A DNA stretch of 64,000 bases from Candidatus Yonathbacteria bacterium (GTDB taxonomy: Bacteria; Patescibacteriota; Minisyncoccia; Phycocordibacterales; JACNGX01), in assembly GCA_013334825.1 (NCBI GenBank), contig JAAXWR010000001.1:340731-404730 (forward strand), in the 5' to 3' direction. The notes below the pieces were generated by a model, which was not told the DNA's origin, made no database searches, and saw nothing but the letters and a program-made list of their open reading frames with translations. Shown here in pieces: positions 9,033 to 23,301 of the stretch; position 1 is the first letter of the stretch; each line of letters starts with the position of its first letter. Made by a program: the position numbers and the translations under genes.

Positions 9033-9561
9033 TGGCGTATTGTTCAATGATGTTGGCACATTCCTTGTCTGAACGGCCAACAATCTTTTTGAGAATTGTT
9101 TCTACGAGGAGAATGATCTTCTCTTTTTGCACATCTTTCTCTCGTAAAAGATAGTCTGTCCGCGGATATGAGAAATCTTTTGCGGACACTTGAGTGTCTA
9201 AACCAGAAAGAGTGTGGAGTTGTATATTCAATCCTCCGCGTGGCTGTACGAAGCGCAAGTGCTCTTTCGTATCAGCGAACGTGCACATGCATTCTGTAAT
9301 AATAGAAGAAAATGCGCGTGTTCTTGGATGGCACAAGCATCGCGATGCTTCTGCAAGAGCAGAAAGCATTACGTCAAAGGCCTCGGCATTTTTCTCCTTT
9401 GACGCGGAGCATGCGATGTCAATCCATGCGCGATACCGTTTTTCTTTCAGATGGAGTGAGGCAAAATACAGTACTTCTCCGAATATACCTAATATAAACA
9501 TGGCAGATTCTCCATTTTTCGTTGAGTTGATACATGCTGTAAAGAATAATAAGATTATCAA
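9019..9561 (-). CDS. Hypothetical protein
   Basis: ORF track, 180 aa. Confidence 0.45.
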   Translation of the reverse strand: MIILLFFTACINSTKNGESAMFILGIFGEVLYFASLHLKEKRYRAWIDIACSASKEKNAEAFDVMLSALAEASRCLCHPRTRAFSSIITECMCTFADTKEHLRFVQPRGGLNIQLHTLSGLDTQVSAKDFSYPRTDYLLREKDVQKEKIILLVETILKKIVGRSDKECANIIEQYAKARS

Positions 9562-9614
9562 TATATACTGTCAATATACGCGCATATTATAAAAGAGCGT
9601 ATTATACTGTACAT

Positions 9615-10100
9615 ATGAGCATTGAAACACAAGGTGCGCGTGATGATAAACATGAGAAATTTCATGCTTCTGATGAAGTATATCGTAAAGCAGTGTTAAA
9701 AATTGCGCAGATATTTGGTGAAAGAGATGTGCATGCTTTGGACGCACGTATTGATACTGCTCTTCTCCGTATGCCAGATGCGAAAGAACTAGATCGTTAT
9801 TCATTGGAACTTGATGCGTTTCGTCTTTTTGCTAAAGGAAATGGGAATGTACTTGATGAGATGTATCGCAAACGGTACATCAGTTTATTGTCCGAATACG
9901 TGTATGAAAAAGTAAAAGTAATACACCCGACAGATGATATGATTGGATATTATGGTGCTGTACGAGAAATGTTTCTTGATGATTCATTATTTACGTCATT
10001 TCCTGATGCGCCAACACTTTTAGGAGCATTGGAAGATAAAATATATTTTCGAGCAGATGCATATAGAAATGATAATGCTTCTGAGACTAATAAAGAATAA
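9615..10100 (+). CDS. Hypothetical protein
   Basis: ORF track, 161 aa. It is divergent from the 9019 gene. Confidence 0.45.
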   Translation: MSIETQGARDDKHEKFHASDEVYRKAVLKIAQIFGERDVHALDARIDTALLRMPDAKELDRYSLELDAFRLFAKGNGNVLDEMYRKRYISLLSEYVYEKVKVIHPTDDMIGYYGAVREMFLDDSLFTSFPDAPTLLGALEDKIYFRADAYRNDNASETNKE

Positions 10101-10211
10101 TAAAAAATAAAATACTATGTTTCTTGTTAATGTTTAAGATGAAGTATCAAAAATATACTTTCTGTTCAGCATAAAAATATCGTCTAGATAGCAGAGAAAC
10201 AAAAAGAAGGG

Positions 10212-10240
10212 ATTGACAAATGTTGTATTCTAGTGTAAGA
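10212..10240 (+). promoter_or_regulatory. Sigma70-like promoter with a long (about 230 nt) leader
   Basis: TTGACA, a 17-nt spacer, then TAAGAT. The next gene starts at 10471. Confidence 0.5.
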
Positions 10241-10470
10241 TACCCCCTAGTTTTCTGTGTCCTTTACAAATAGGATAGTCAGAAGCGAAGCGAGAGCGTG
10301 CATAAACGAATGTCCACAACGTTAGGATATTCCTTGCATCAAGTAGCTTCACGATGGCCGAGTATATATACATGTTGTGTATATTGCCGTAGCTGTCACA
10401 ACCCCAACCTAAACTAAAGAAAACATATATTATCTTATTTTTGAAAAAAATTTTTAAATTTTGATTTGAA

Positions 10471-11964
10471 ATGATGATGAAAAAAATTCTCTTCTTTTTG
10501 GCAATGCTCGCAGTCCTCTTTGCGGGGCCTGCCGAAGCCTTCAACAAAAAGGTATTCGTCAACGGGGAACCTGCTGTTGAGAACAGCATGCTCGGTACGA
10601 GTCAGGCTGTTTTCGAAAACCTGAAAAAGGGGGTTGCCGAGAATCCCGAAGGGGTCGTGAACGCCGTCGCCGATTTCCTCATCGCTGAGGAAGGATGCGC
10701 GGAAGGTGTCCGCGACATCATTCGCACCGAGCTCCCCAACATCCAGTGGGGTGAGCTTTCCGAAGCCAGTGGAGATCACATCAACATGGGCTTCAGAAAA
10801 AATGGCGGGTTTGCAAAAACCGGCGTCCTTGCAGTCAAAGGTGTGATTCCGGTCGGTATTCTTGAATTGAAAAACGTCCCCATGAAGGACGGTACGATGA
10901 TGAATGTCAAAGCGACCATGCCGGTCGCGTGCAGCAACCCTGATGCATCGAAGTCGCCCATACCGGTAGAGCTCCCCGTAGTTCCCCCGGTCATCGCGGT
11001 TGAAAAGACCCCTGCCATCGGTTTCGGTGTCGGACAGGCTTCAGCCGGTGTCTTCGAACACCAGGAGGCGTTCGTGCACGTGCCGATTGGCAACGACAGG
11101 AACTCCCTCCAGGGGTTCGATGCCGGCGTCCAGCGCTACACATCGCACGAACTGCTGCGTAGCTTCTCTACGCTGACCCATCAGGAACTCCGTCAGCGCG
11201 AAGCGACTCGCACCGTTTCCGTCCCCGTCGAAAAGACCGGATACAAGACCGTGACCAAGCATGTGGAAAAGAAGGTGGTCAAGCAGGTCCCGTACGAGGT
11301 CTGTGAGAAGGTCTGGGTGGCTTCCAAGGACAAGTGTGGCAAAGACACCGGTCACTGGGAGTACAAGAAGGTCACCAAGTATCGTGAGGAAATCGTGATC
11401 TGCACCTTTCCGGTACAGGTACAGGTTCCCTACACCTATACGGTGAACGAGCTCCAGACCGAAACATACATGGAGAACTATGTATACTCATGGGACGAAG
11501 AGGTCGAGAGTCGCTCGATTAAGTCGAGCGAGGTGTACGCACCATTTGTGCGCTACACCCACGCCTTCAACCTCGACAGGAAGAAGAACGTGCGCCTCGT
11601 GCCGTCTGCCTACGCCGCCTTCCCGGGACTCGTCGGTGACGATCTGTATGTCATCAACGGCCTCGAAAACCAGAAGGTGAACGTCGCCCTCGGACAGGAG
11701 TTGTCTTTCTACGTTAGCCTGACGGACAAGATGGCACTGGTACCAACCTGCGCGGTGCGTGAGTTCATGACCGCACAGGAAGGAACGCCCATGGCGCTCG
11801 AGCCCGGCCTGGCGGTCAGCGTTTTCCCCGCAAAAGGGTTGAACATCACCGGAAATGTCTCACACCAGACCATTTACGGTTTGTCGAAGACGAATGCTGT
11901 CGACGGCAGTAAGGACAACCGGGGCGGATGGCTCATCGGCGCAGGTCTCATGTACAACTTCTGA
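10471..11964 (+). CDS. Large secreted protein, possibly outer-membrane beta-barrel-like. It is compositionally foreign (GC-rich).
   Basis: Signal peptide MMMKKILFFLAMLAVLFAGPAEA. C-terminus ...GGWLIGAGLMYNF has alternating hydrophobic residues ending in Phe. GC is about 55-60% versus roughly 43% in the flanks. Confidence 0.7.
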   Translation: MMMKKILFFLAMLAVLFAGPAEAFNKKVFVNGEPAVENSMLGTSQAVFENLKKGVAENPEGVVNAVADFLIAEEGCAEGVRDIIRTELPNIQWGELSEASGDHINMGFRKNGGFAKTGVLAVKGVIPVGILELKNVPMKDGTMMNVKATMPVACSNPDASKSPIPVELPVVPPVIAVEKTPAIGFGVGQASAGVFEHQEAFVHVPIGNDRNSLQGFDAGVQRYTSHELLRSFSTLTHQELRQREATRTVSVPVEKTGYKTVTKHVEKKVVKQVPYEVCEKVWVASKDKCGKDTGHWEYKKVTKYREEIVICTFPVQVQVPYTYTVNELQTETYMENYVYSWDEEVESRSIKSSEVYAPFVRYTHAFNLDRKKNVRLVPSAYAAFPGLVGDDLYVINGLENQKVNVALGQELSFYVSLTDKMALVPTCAVREFMTAQEGTPMALEPGLAVSVFPAKGLNITGNVSHQTIYGLSKTNAVDGSKDNRGGWLIGAGLMYNF

Positions 11965-11996
11965 TCTTCCTTGTTTTTTTTTCAAACACTAACCGA

Positions 11997-12026
11997 CCCC
12001 GGCATTCGCCGGGGTTTTTATTTTTA
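11997..12026 (+). terminator. Rho-independent terminator
   Basis: ccccggc-attc-gccgggg followed by tttttattttt. Confidence 0.8.
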
Positions 12027-12034
12027 TAGTATAT

Positions 12035-12059
12035 AAAAAAAACCAGCGCTAGGCGCTGG
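12035..12059 (-). terminator. Rho-independent terminator
   Basis: ccagcgc-cta-gcgctgg with T7 on the minus strand. Confidence 0.65.
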
Positions 12060-12576
12060 CTGTTTGTTCCCCATAATTCTTGTGGGCAAAGAAGAATGTT
12101 GAATCTGTAGGAGACGTCTCATGCAGATTCAGTTGGGCGATGATTTCTGCAAGTCCATCACAGAAATCATTGATTTTCTTTTCCCCAAGCATCTCTTTGG
12201 GAAGAGATGCTTGAATTGTTTTTGGGAGATTGTGTATAAAAACAGGTTTGTTCCCCGCAAAAAGAGAACGTTCCCCTGTAAAGACCGCATGAATCATGCA
12301 GTCAATCAGCCCAAATTGATCGATTTCTGTTCCAGTAAAAGTAAAAGAAATTTTTTCATTAAGACAGTGAAAAAATTTCTTTCCAATAACAGAAATACCC
12401 CTCCGAATATAATTGTTCGGAAACTGCGCGTGATGGGTCGCGCAGTTTTCAAAAAAGCGTATCAACACCCTTCGTGAGAGGACAATCCTCTCAAAAGATG
12501 GATACGCAACTTCGTCGGATTTGATTTCCGTGAGTCGTGCCAAAAGGACATCAAGGCGAGTTTTTTTCTTTTTCAT
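12049..12576 (-). CDS. Hypothetical protein
   Basis: ORF track, 175 aa. Confidence 0.45.
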   Translation of the reverse strand: MKKKKTRLDVLLARLTEIKSDEVAYPSFERIVLSRRVLIRFFENCATHHAQFPNNYIRRGISVIGKKFFHCLNEKISFTFTGTEIDQFGLIDCMIHAVFTGERSLFAGNKPVFIHNLPKTIQASLPKEMLGEKKINDFCDGLAEIIAQLNLHETSPTDSTFFFAHKNYGEQTASA

Positions 12577-12688
12577 TTCTTAATTTATTTTGTATGAACA
12601 AAATAAAAAGGCCCGAGGGTCTTTTTTCTGTTTTGTATAATACCATAGTTATGCACATAACACAATACCCCGCCATTGGCGGGGTCTA

Positions 12689-13018
12689 TTAGTAGGCGTA
12701 TATTCCTATAGATGACTTCTCAATGGTGCCATTTTCAACGGCGTATGCATTTGAAATCACTATCTCATTGTTTTGCGATCCGATAGTGGATGCAATTTCA
12801 ATCAGATTTTTGAAATCCTCAACTCTTCCAAAGACATGCACCTCCTGAACATCAGGATGTGCCGAAAGAATCAATGACGATGTCTTTTCTGAAAAATCTC
12901 CTTGACGTTGACTGATGACGTGGGGAGATACTCCAGAAAAAATTTTTTCAAATAAAGAAATGAGCGCGGAATCTTGTTCAATCCCACACAAAACGATAAG
13001 AATATATTTTTCTTTCAT
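12689..13018 (-). CDS. Hypothetical protein, last gene of the eno-gpmI operon
   Basis: ORF track. Two hairpin terminators lie downstream at 12609-12627 and 12667-12683. Confidence 0.45.
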   Translation of the reverse strand: MKEKYILIVLCGIEQDSALISLFEKIFSGVSPHVISQRQGDFSEKTSSLILSAHPDVQEVHVFGRVEDFKNLIEIASTIGSQNNEIVISNAYAVENGTIEKSSIGIYAY

Positions 13019-13085
13019 CGAATCGATATGTTTATTTAGTGGTGGAAACGAAACTATTTTTAGAATACATCTTTTAATATATTTG

Positions 13086-14615
13086 TCAAGAAATCAACAC
13101 ATCCCCTGTCATTGTTTCAGGAATAGGAATGTTAAGAAGTGAAAGTACTGTTGGGGCAATATCTGCAAGTGTGCCACGCTCTTTGGTAATAGTGCCGTCT
13201 TTCGTACACATACATTGCACAGGATTGAGTGTATGAGATGTGTGCGGTTGTCCCGTTGTATCGTCGAAATTTGCTTCCGCATTACCATGGTCGGCTGTCA
13301 CAACCGCAATACCTCCCCTTTCGGCGAGTGCGTCAAGCACACGTCCAAGCGCGGCATCTACTGTTTCAAGAGCCGTGATAATTGCGGGAAGAACCGAGGT
13401 ATGCCCCACCATATCGGCATTTGCGAAGTTGATAAAAATAAAGTCTTTTCCTTCAAGGATTTTTTCTATTGCTTTATCCGCAATGGCGTTTGCACCCATT
13501 TCTGGTGCCATGTCGTATGTGGGCACATCTTTGCGCGAAGGGATAAGGATATCTTCTTCATTTGTATATGCTTCTTCACGTCCTCCATTCAAGAAGTATG
13601 TTGCATGTGCATACTTTTCTGTTTCGGCAACATGTACTTGTGAGAGTCCTGTGTGAGCAATTTCTGCACCTAGTGTTGTGGCAGGAGAAACTGGAGGGAA
13701 AATAACATGCGCATTTGTAAACGAGTCTTCGTACGCCGTCATCGTTGTCACATAGATATTGTTTGTGGAAACACGTTCAAGAAGTTTGGATGTCAGCATG
13801 CGCGCGCGGTCGGCGCGATAATTAAAGAAAAAGAAACCATCTCCTGCTTTGAGTGGAGAAAAGGCATGATGAGGACTTGAAATCTTTGTAGGAACGATAA
13901 ATTCATCAGTCTCCCCTTTTGCATATCGCTCAGTGAGAAGTGTCTCAGCGTCTCCTTCATACGAGAGTCCATTTCCCTCAAAAAGAATGTCTGTGTATAC
14001 GGCAAGGCGGTCCCAGTTTTTATCTCGGTCCATAGCGTAGTATCGTCCTGATAGAGACGCAATATGTCCAACGCCAATTTCAAGAAGGACATCTTGAAGG
14101 CGACGAACATACATGATACCTGAGTCGGGTGGTGTGTCACGTCCATCAGTAAACACATGAACGGCGATATCAGAAATACCTACACGTGCTGCCCCGCGGA
14201 GAAAAGCGAAGAGATGTTCATCCACTGTATGGACACCTGCATCAGAAAGAAGCCCCGCAACATGGAGTGTTCCACCTGTTTTTTTGACATGAGCACAAAG
14301 CTCTTGAAATACGTCTCTCGTTGTATACGTATCGTCGGTGATTGATTTATTGATACGCACCAAGTCGGTGTCAATCTGTGTTCCTGCTCCGATGGTCAAG
14401 TGTCCTACTTCACTATTACCCATGGTACCAGGAGGAAGTCCAACAGCAAGTCCTGATGTATCAAGAAGAAGATGCGGACAAGTGCTCCACAAACGGTCTA
14501 TTGTAGGAGTACGTACTACCTGCATGGACTTATTGCCCGTGTGTTCATTGTAGCCCCAACCATCGAGGATGATGAGCGCGACTTGTGTTTTTTTGTCCGT
14601 GAGAGACGCATCCAT
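13086..14615 (-). CDS. gpmI: 2,3-bisphosphoglycerate-independent phosphoglycerate mutase
   Basis: ...VALIILDGWGY... plus metal-binding core motifs. The start is placed at the MDASL Met (14615), which gives a 4-bp overlap with the eno stop. The ORF-track start at 14861 is an upstream extension. Confidence 0.9.
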   Translation of the reverse strand: MDASLTDKKTQVALIILDGWGYNEHTGNKSMQVVRTPTIDRLWSTCPHLLLDTSGLAVGLPPGTMGNSEVGHLTIGAGTQIDTDLVRINKSITDDTYTTRDVFQELCAHVKKTGGTLHVAGLLSDAGVHTVDEHLFAFLRGAARVGISDIAVHVFTDGRDTPPDSGIMYVRRLQDVLLEIGVGHIASLSGRYYAMDRDKNWDRLAVYTDILFEGNGLSYEGDAETLLTERYAKGETDEFIVPTKISSPHHAFSPLKAGDGFFFFNYRADRARMLTSKLLERVSTNNIYVTTMTAYEDSFTNAHVIFPPVSPATTLGAEIAHTGLSQVHVAETEKYAHATYFLNGGREEAYTNEEDILIPSRKDVPTYDMAPEMGANAIADKAIEKILEGKDFIFINFANADMVGHTSVLPAIITALETVDAALGRVLDALAERGGIAVVTADHGNAEANFDDTTGQPHTSHTLNPVQCMCTKDGTITKERGTLADIAPTVLSLLNIPIPETMTGDVLIS

Positions 14616-14619
14616 AGGA

Positions 14620-15975
<1,356 letters not shown>

Positions 15976-16006
15976 TCAGTATTGTATCATGCTTTACAGA
16001 GACAAA

Positions 16007-16031
16007 CAAAAAAAGGCCATAAGGCCTTTTT
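16007..16031. terminator. Bidirectional hairpin terminator
   Basis: A7 + aggcc-ataa-ggcct + T5. Confidence 0.65.
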
Positions 16032-16377
16032 ACAGTGGTGGTAATGTGCTACTTTCCGCAGTATCCCAACCATTTCTTGTATCATTGAGTATGCATAAAT
16101 GTACACGCTCAATTCTTTCAAAAAACACTATTTTCAATGCAGGAGAATCATGCAGATAATCTGCATGATTTCCATACAGGACCCGTACCTCTGAAAAATT
16201 TCCCCCTTTTATTTTTCTTGCGAGAGGAAATAGTGTCTCGTTAGAGACATCACAAATCGTCATCTGTGTAATATTGGATGGCGGTGATGTTTTTGCCGAG
16301 TGTATGAAATCCTCAACCCGAGAATCTTTTTTTCTCGGGAGATTGTACAAAATAACAAGGACACATCTCTTTTTCAT
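16030..16377 (-). CDS. Hypothetical protein
   Basis: ORF track, 115 aa. Confidence 0.4.
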   Translation of the reverse strand: MKKRCVLVILYNLPRKKDSRVEDFIHSAKTSPPSNITQMTICDVSNETLFPLARKIKGGNFSEVRVLYGNHADYLHDSPALKIVFFERIERVHLCILNDTRNGWDTAESSTLPPL

Positions 16378-16465
16378 CTCTGTGGTATCTTTTTGTTAAT
16401 TAAACATTATATCTAAACTGACGCGCAGTATGCTCTACATGTATGTGATTGTCAAGATGCTACTG

Positions 16466-18106
16466 TTATGCAATGTCAAAACCCAAGTGGCGGAGTGCAT
16501 CGGCGCTTTTTTCAAATACATGGCCGTGTTGTTTAAGTTCCCGATACATCTCACTTTCTTTAAGAAGAGCGCAAATATTTTTGTTGACACTCGTCATATA
16601 AACATGCTTACCTCGTGCTTTAAGTGTGCGGATAATTTCATCAATCGTTTCCACGCCATCAATATCGATATAATACACACCACGAAGACGCAAGATGACA
16701 TTTTCATAACCATTCAATGCCGTGTGAAAACGCTCAACATGCGCTTCCCCATTCACATAACACAAGAGTCCCGCGATACTATAAACAATTGTGTCGGACC
16801 CTTTGACAATGGTATCAAGTTTGTCGCCACTCATATGCCCCACCACTTGTTTGTGGCGGTCATTCACCACCAGATCAAATTGACCGCGTGAAAGTTTTTC
16901 AATGAGAAGGATTGATGCAATACCCACACCAAACAAAATCCCGACGATAGGGTCTTCATAAACCGTAATAAACGCGACTATCAGTGAGACGTAAAAATTT
17001 TTACGGTCATGGAGGAACATGCGTTTGAAATGCTCGGCTTCCACCATTTGTATTGCGACAAATACAAGAATAGCGCCAATCACAGCAAGTGGTATGAATT
17101 TGAAATAACCAAGAAAGAGAAGTGAAATAAGCGCAATGAAGATACTGCTTATTGTTGCAGACACCTTATCATTTGCACCAGTTTTTACATTGAGTGATGT
17201 ACGCGCAAGTGCTGCCGTGGCAGGCATACCCCCAAAGAGCCCTGATACGATATTGGCAACAGCAAGACCGCGCATTTCAGGACGTCTCCGATACTTTGTT
17301 CCTGTCATACCATCTGCTATCTTTGCCGAAAGCATTGTTTCAATAATGGCGACGAGCGCTATGGTGAGCGCGGGAACAATCATCGCGGGAAATATGGAAA
17401 GACTATAAGGCATGAAGAGCCCTATGTGCATATTGGGATAGAGTGTGTCGAGCGTCTGAAGAGAAAACGGTACTATTCCCATTGTTGTCATATATCCAAG
17501 TAGAATACCAATAGGCGCAAGGATGATTGCGCCAGGGACCTTTGTAGTGAATTTGCGCATGGCATAGAGAAAGCCAAGCGAGAGCGCGAACACAAGAACC
17601 GTCAATGGTGAAAACTGATACATATGGGTGAACGATTCCCATAGATTATCAATAAAGGTCTCATGTTTAGTAAGTCCTGAAAGTCCAAACACAAAATTCC
17701 ACTGATTGAGTGCGATAATAAATGCGACACCAAGTGTAAAGCCGTGAATAGCACTTCCGGGAATAAAGACAAGATACCGTTCCAATTTGAGAAGATATGC
17801 GACAAATATAAACATTCCCGAAAGCATAGCAAGTACGGGAAGTGTATTTGCGCCATGCATAATGACATACATGGCAATAATACCGGACAGGGCTCCTGTG
17901 GGACCGACAATATTGTAATGACTTCCTCCAATGAGGGACGCCATGAGACCTGCCCATATCGCGGTGATGATACCTACGATGGGAGATGCTTGAGACGCGA
18001 CTGCAAGAGAAACAGAAAGCGGGATAGAGACAAGAGAAACAGTAAGCCCAGAACGCCAGTTTGTTTTCATGCGTGTAAGGAGAGGAAGTGGATCGATGTG
18101 AGACAT
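16466..18106 (-). CDS. SulP-family anion/sulfate permease with C-terminal STAS domain
   Basis: Multiple transmembrane segments, SulP motifs (GPTGALSGI...) and a C-terminal STAS-like region. Confidence 0.9.
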   Translation of the reverse strand: MSHIDPLPLLTRMKTNWRSGLTVSLVSIPLSVSLAVASQASPIVGIITAIWAGLMASLIGGSHYNIVGPTGALSGIIAMYVIMHGANTLPVLAMLSGMFIFVAYLLKLERYLVFIPGSAIHGFTLGVAFIIALNQWNFVFGLSGLTKHETFIDNLWESFTHMYQFSPLTVLVFALSLGFLYAMRKFTTKVPGAIILAPIGILLGYMTTMGIVPFSLQTLDTLYPNMHIGLFMPYSLSIFPAMIVPALTIALVAIIETMLSAKIADGMTGTKYRRRPEMRGLAVANIVSGLFGGMPATAALARTSLNVKTGANDKVSATISSIFIALISLLFLGYFKFIPLAVIGAILVFVAIQMVEAEHFKRMFLHDRKNFYVSLIVAFITVYEDPIVGILFGVGIASILLIEKLSRGQFDLVVNDRHKQVVGHMSGDKLDTIVKGSDTIVYSIAGLLCYVNGEAHVERFHTALNGYENVILRLRGVYYIDIDGVETIDEIIRTLKARGKHVYMTSVNKNICALLKESEMYRELKQHGHVFEKSADALRHLGFDIA

Positions 18107-18127
18107 GTGATAGATGTGTTGTTACCA

Positions 18128-18186
18128 ATGAGAAACAAATAACGCCCCAAAGGGCATGAGAATACTATCATACTGCCTTTGGGGCG
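18128..18186 (-). terminator. Long stem-loop terminator after the ATP synthase operon
   Basis: cgccccaaaggg...(20-nt loop)...ccctttggggcg, a 12-bp stem, followed by a T-rich run on the minus strand. Confidence 0.6.
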
Positions 18187-18208
18187 GAAAAGCAAAAAAT
18201 TTTAGGTT

Positions 18209-18646
18209 TTATACTTTTCCTCGTCCGATGTCGCGCCATTTGTGAAGGGCTTTGGTACGCGCGAGTTCGCGAGCAAGACGTGCCGCGATATCAGCGAATT
18301 GTTCTCGGTCTTCTGATGTAACGCGCTTTTTTGCTTCTTCAGCATCCGCACGGGCTTGGGCGAGACGAGCCTCGTCAATTTCTTCGGCGCGTTCGGCGGT
18401 GTCAGCAAGAATAACAACATTTCCGGTACGTACATGAATAAATCCGCCCGAAACAGCCATGACGTCTTTCGTGCCATTCTTTTTGACAAGGGTAATGACG
18501 CCAGGGGCAATCGGAGAGACAAGGGGAATATGTCCTGGGAGTATCGTAATCTCCCCTTCTGTTGTGGGAACGGTAAGCGAAATCAGTGTGTCAGAAAACA
18601 CACGTCGTTCGGGAGTGGTAATGTCAAAATGAAATGAATCAGACAT
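18209..18646 (-). CDS. atpC: F0F1 ATP synthase epsilon subunit
   Basis: Similarity to epsilon subunits and its position after atpD. Confidence 0.9.
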   Translation of the reverse strand: MSDSFHFDITTPERRVFSDTLISLTVPTTEGEITILPGHIPLVSPIAPGVITLVKKNGTKDVMAVSGGFIHVRTGNVVILADTAERAEEIDEARLAQARADAEEAKKRVTSEDREQFADIAARLARELARTKALHKWRDIGRGKV

Positions 18647-18649
18647 GGA

Positions 18650-20976
<2,327 letters not shown>

Positions 20977-20989
20977 GATGTTGTCGAGT

Positions 20990-21340
20990 TGATGAGTTTC
21001 AAGTTGTCAGTTGCAAGAACGGTTACGAAGATTACGAATAACGAATGTATACAAATATACGAATATGACTTCTTTATTTTTATCATTTATAGTTTTCTCT
21101 TCCCATATTTCTCTTTTCTTATTTCATCGTCTATCGTTTATAGCTTTCGTCTTCATATTTCTTATTTCATCGTCTATAGTTTTCTTCTTCATTCGTATAT
21201 TCGTACGTATTCGTTATTCGTATGTTCATATTTCATCATTCGTCTTTCGTATTCTTGCTTCATACTTCGTGATTCGTGCTTCGAGCGTCTGTCCCTATCA
21301 CCTATAACCTCTCTCCTACATTCATCCCTCCCATCTTCTC
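20990..21340. repeat. Mosaic intergenic repeat cluster between atpA and atpG
   Basis: Modules GGTTACGAAG, TACGAATAACGAATGTATAC and CGTATATTCGTACGTATTCGTTATTCGTA (in inverted orientation), and GTCCCTATCACCTATAACC. Confidence 0.85.
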
Positions 21341-22881
21341 TAACCTCTTTCCTCTAACCTCTCTCCTGCATGCATCTTCAGAAGTTCACGAAGTCTTGTC
21401 TCAATATGTTCACTGAATGCACCTTCTTTCTTCATGGTCACAAGGATATCCGCATCTACCGTATGAATATATGAAAGAAGTGCATGTTCTGCTTTTCTTA
21501 CATCGTCTACGGCAATATCAGAAAAATATCCTTCAAGAAGAGCAAAAAAGATAAGTGCTTGTTCTTCATCGGCAAGTGGCGCGTATTGGTCTTGTTTCAA
21601 AATTTCCATGAGACGTTTGCCATGCTCAATACGTGTTCGTGTATCGTCATCGATATCCGAACCAAACTGTGCGAACGCAGCGAGTTCACGATATTGTGCC
21701 GCTTCAAGACGCATTTTACCCGCAACTTTTTTCATAAGTTTTGTTTGCGCGGAAGAACCGACACGTGACACTGAAAGTCCTGCATTGATGGCGGGACGCA
21801 TTCCTTGATGAAAGAGATCAGTCTCTAAATAAATCTGTCCATCAGTAATGGAAATAACGTTTGTCGGAATATATGCCGAAACATCACCTGCTTGTGTTTC
21901 AATAATAGGCAGTGCAGTGATAGAGCCACCGCCATGTGATGGGTCAAGACGACAGGCACGCTCAAGAAGTCGCGAGTGAAGATAAAACACATCACCTGGA
22001 TATGCCTCACGACCTGGTGGACGACGCAAAAGAAGTGACAATTCGCGATACGCCACAGCGTGCTTGGACAAATCATCGTATACCACAAGTACATCTCCCC
22101 CATTGTCGAGCATGTATTCAGCCATAGCGGTACCTGCATATGGCGCGATATAAGAAAGTGACGCAGGGTCAGATGCTCCCGCAAGAACAACTATTGTATA
22201 TGCCATGGCACCGTGTTCTTCGAGTTTGGCAACAATGCCCGCGATTTTTGATTCTTTTTGCCCGATTGCGACGTATACACAAGTAACGCCTTTTCCTTTT
22301 TGATTGATGATGGCATCAATCGCAACAGCAGTTTTTCCTGTTTGACGATCACCAATGATAAGTTCACGTTGTCCACGTCCAATCGGGACCATAGCGTCAA
22401 TCGCTTTGATACCCGTATGGAGTGGCACGGATACTGATTTGCGCGCAATGACACCTGGAGCGATATGTTCTACGGGATAAGAAACTTCATGACGTATAGG
22501 ACATTTCCCGTCAAGCGGTCGTCCCATAGGGTCAATCACGCGCCCCACCAGTGCATCTCCTACAGGAACACGCAAGACTTCTCCAGTCCCCTCTACTAGG
22601 TCCCCTTCTTTTACATGTATAGATTCACCTAATATAATTGCACCTATAGCATCTCTTTCCAGATTCAAAATCATTGCAGGTGTTTCGTGTGTACCATTGA
22701 CTGATGAAATAATAATCATTTCAGACATGCGCGCATCAGGAAGACCTGAAACAGAAACAATGCCGTCTTTAACCGACTCCACAATACCAATGGAACGGTC
22801 CGTCGCCTCAAGAGAAACGCCAGCGATACGACGTTTCAAATCTTCAATAATGGCATCAGTTGTATGGAGAGAGTGTGACAT
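21340..22881 (-). CDS. atpA: F0F1 ATP synthase alpha subunit
   Basis: GDRQTGKT Walker A and alpha-subunit core. Confidence 0.97.
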   Translation of the reverse strand: MSHSLHTTDAIIEDLKRRIAGVSLEATDRSIGIVESVKDGIVSVSGLPDARMSEMIIISSVNGTHETPAMILNLERDAIGAIILGESIHVKEGDLVEGTGEVLRVPVGDALVGRVIDPMGRPLDGKCPIRHEVSYPVEHIAPGVIARKSVSVPLHTGIKAIDAMVPIGRGQRELIIGDRQTGKTAVAIDAIINQKGKGVTCVYVAIGQKESKIAGIVAKLEEHGAMAYTIVVLAGASDPASLSYIAPYAGTAMAEYMLDNGGDVLVVYDDLSKHAVAYRELSLLLRRPPGREAYPGDVFYLHSRLLERACRLDPSHGGGSITALPIIETQAGDVSAYIPTNVISITDGQIYLETDLFHQGMRPAINAGLSVSRVGSSAQTKLMKKVAGKMRLEAAQYRELAAFAQFGSDIDDDTRTRIEHGKRLMEILKQDQYAPLADEEQALIFFALLEGYFSDIAVDDVRKAEHALLSYIHTVDADILVTMKKEGAFSEHIETRLRELLKMHAGERLEERG

Positions 22882-22896
22882 GATAATAAATGAATA

Positions 22897-23301
22897 TTAA
22901 GCGTACAACGCATGACTCAGTGCGTTGAGACGAGTGCGTATCGTGGCATCAAGTATTCGGTGTTCGTAGGTAAGACGCATACCCCCAAGTGTATCGTGGT
23001 CAATTGTCTCAATGAGACGCACCGCGGATGATGCGGTACGTTCTTTCACATACGCAATAATATCGGTGCGCATTTCAGATGAAAGGGGTGTGCGAGAAAC
23101 GACACGCGCGGAGACAGTATGTGTACGTGTATCACAAAAGGATTGGAAGACAGAAAGTATCTCTTCGATACGATTTGTCATACCATCTATCACTAACACA
23201 TTCACAAATGCTGTAAGAATAGATGTATGCTCATCCACGTCACGTTCTGCAAGGAGTGCGTCAAGAGCAATTGCATAGTGTTGTGGTGTCATACGGGTCA
23301 T
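22897..23301 (-). CDS. atpH: F0F1 ATP synthase delta (OSCP) subunit
   Basis: Size, position and OSCP-like sequence. Confidence 0.85.
   Translation of the reverse strand: MTRMTPQHYAIALDALLAERDVDEHTSILTAFVNVLVIDGMTNRIEEILSVFQSFCDTRTHTVSARVVSRTPLSSEMRTDIIAYVKERTASSAVRLIETIDHDTLGGMRLTYEHRILDATIRTRLNALSHALYA

Noticed and set aside
10241-10470. Riboswitch or structured leader in the 230-nt 5' UTR of the 10471 gene
   Set aside because: No recognisable riboswitch consensus (TPP, SAM, FMN, glycine, c-di-GMP and so on) could be matched by eye. Left as an unexplained long leader.
10230-10779. Minus-strand ORFs 10230..10589 and 10435..10779 upstream of and overlapping the secreted-protein gene
   Set aside because: They overlap the promoter and leader and the 5' end of the well-supported plus-strand gene. 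Their composition is that of non-coding AT-rich spacer.
16430-16891. Plus-strand ORFs antisense to long conserved genes (16430..16891 in sulP, 19181..19660 in atpD, 39526..41557 in uvrA, 43219..44007 in uvrB, 17136..17408 and 17744..18142)
   Set aside because: They are fully embedded opposite highly conserved, well-supported genes and have no independent evidence. They are treated as spurious.
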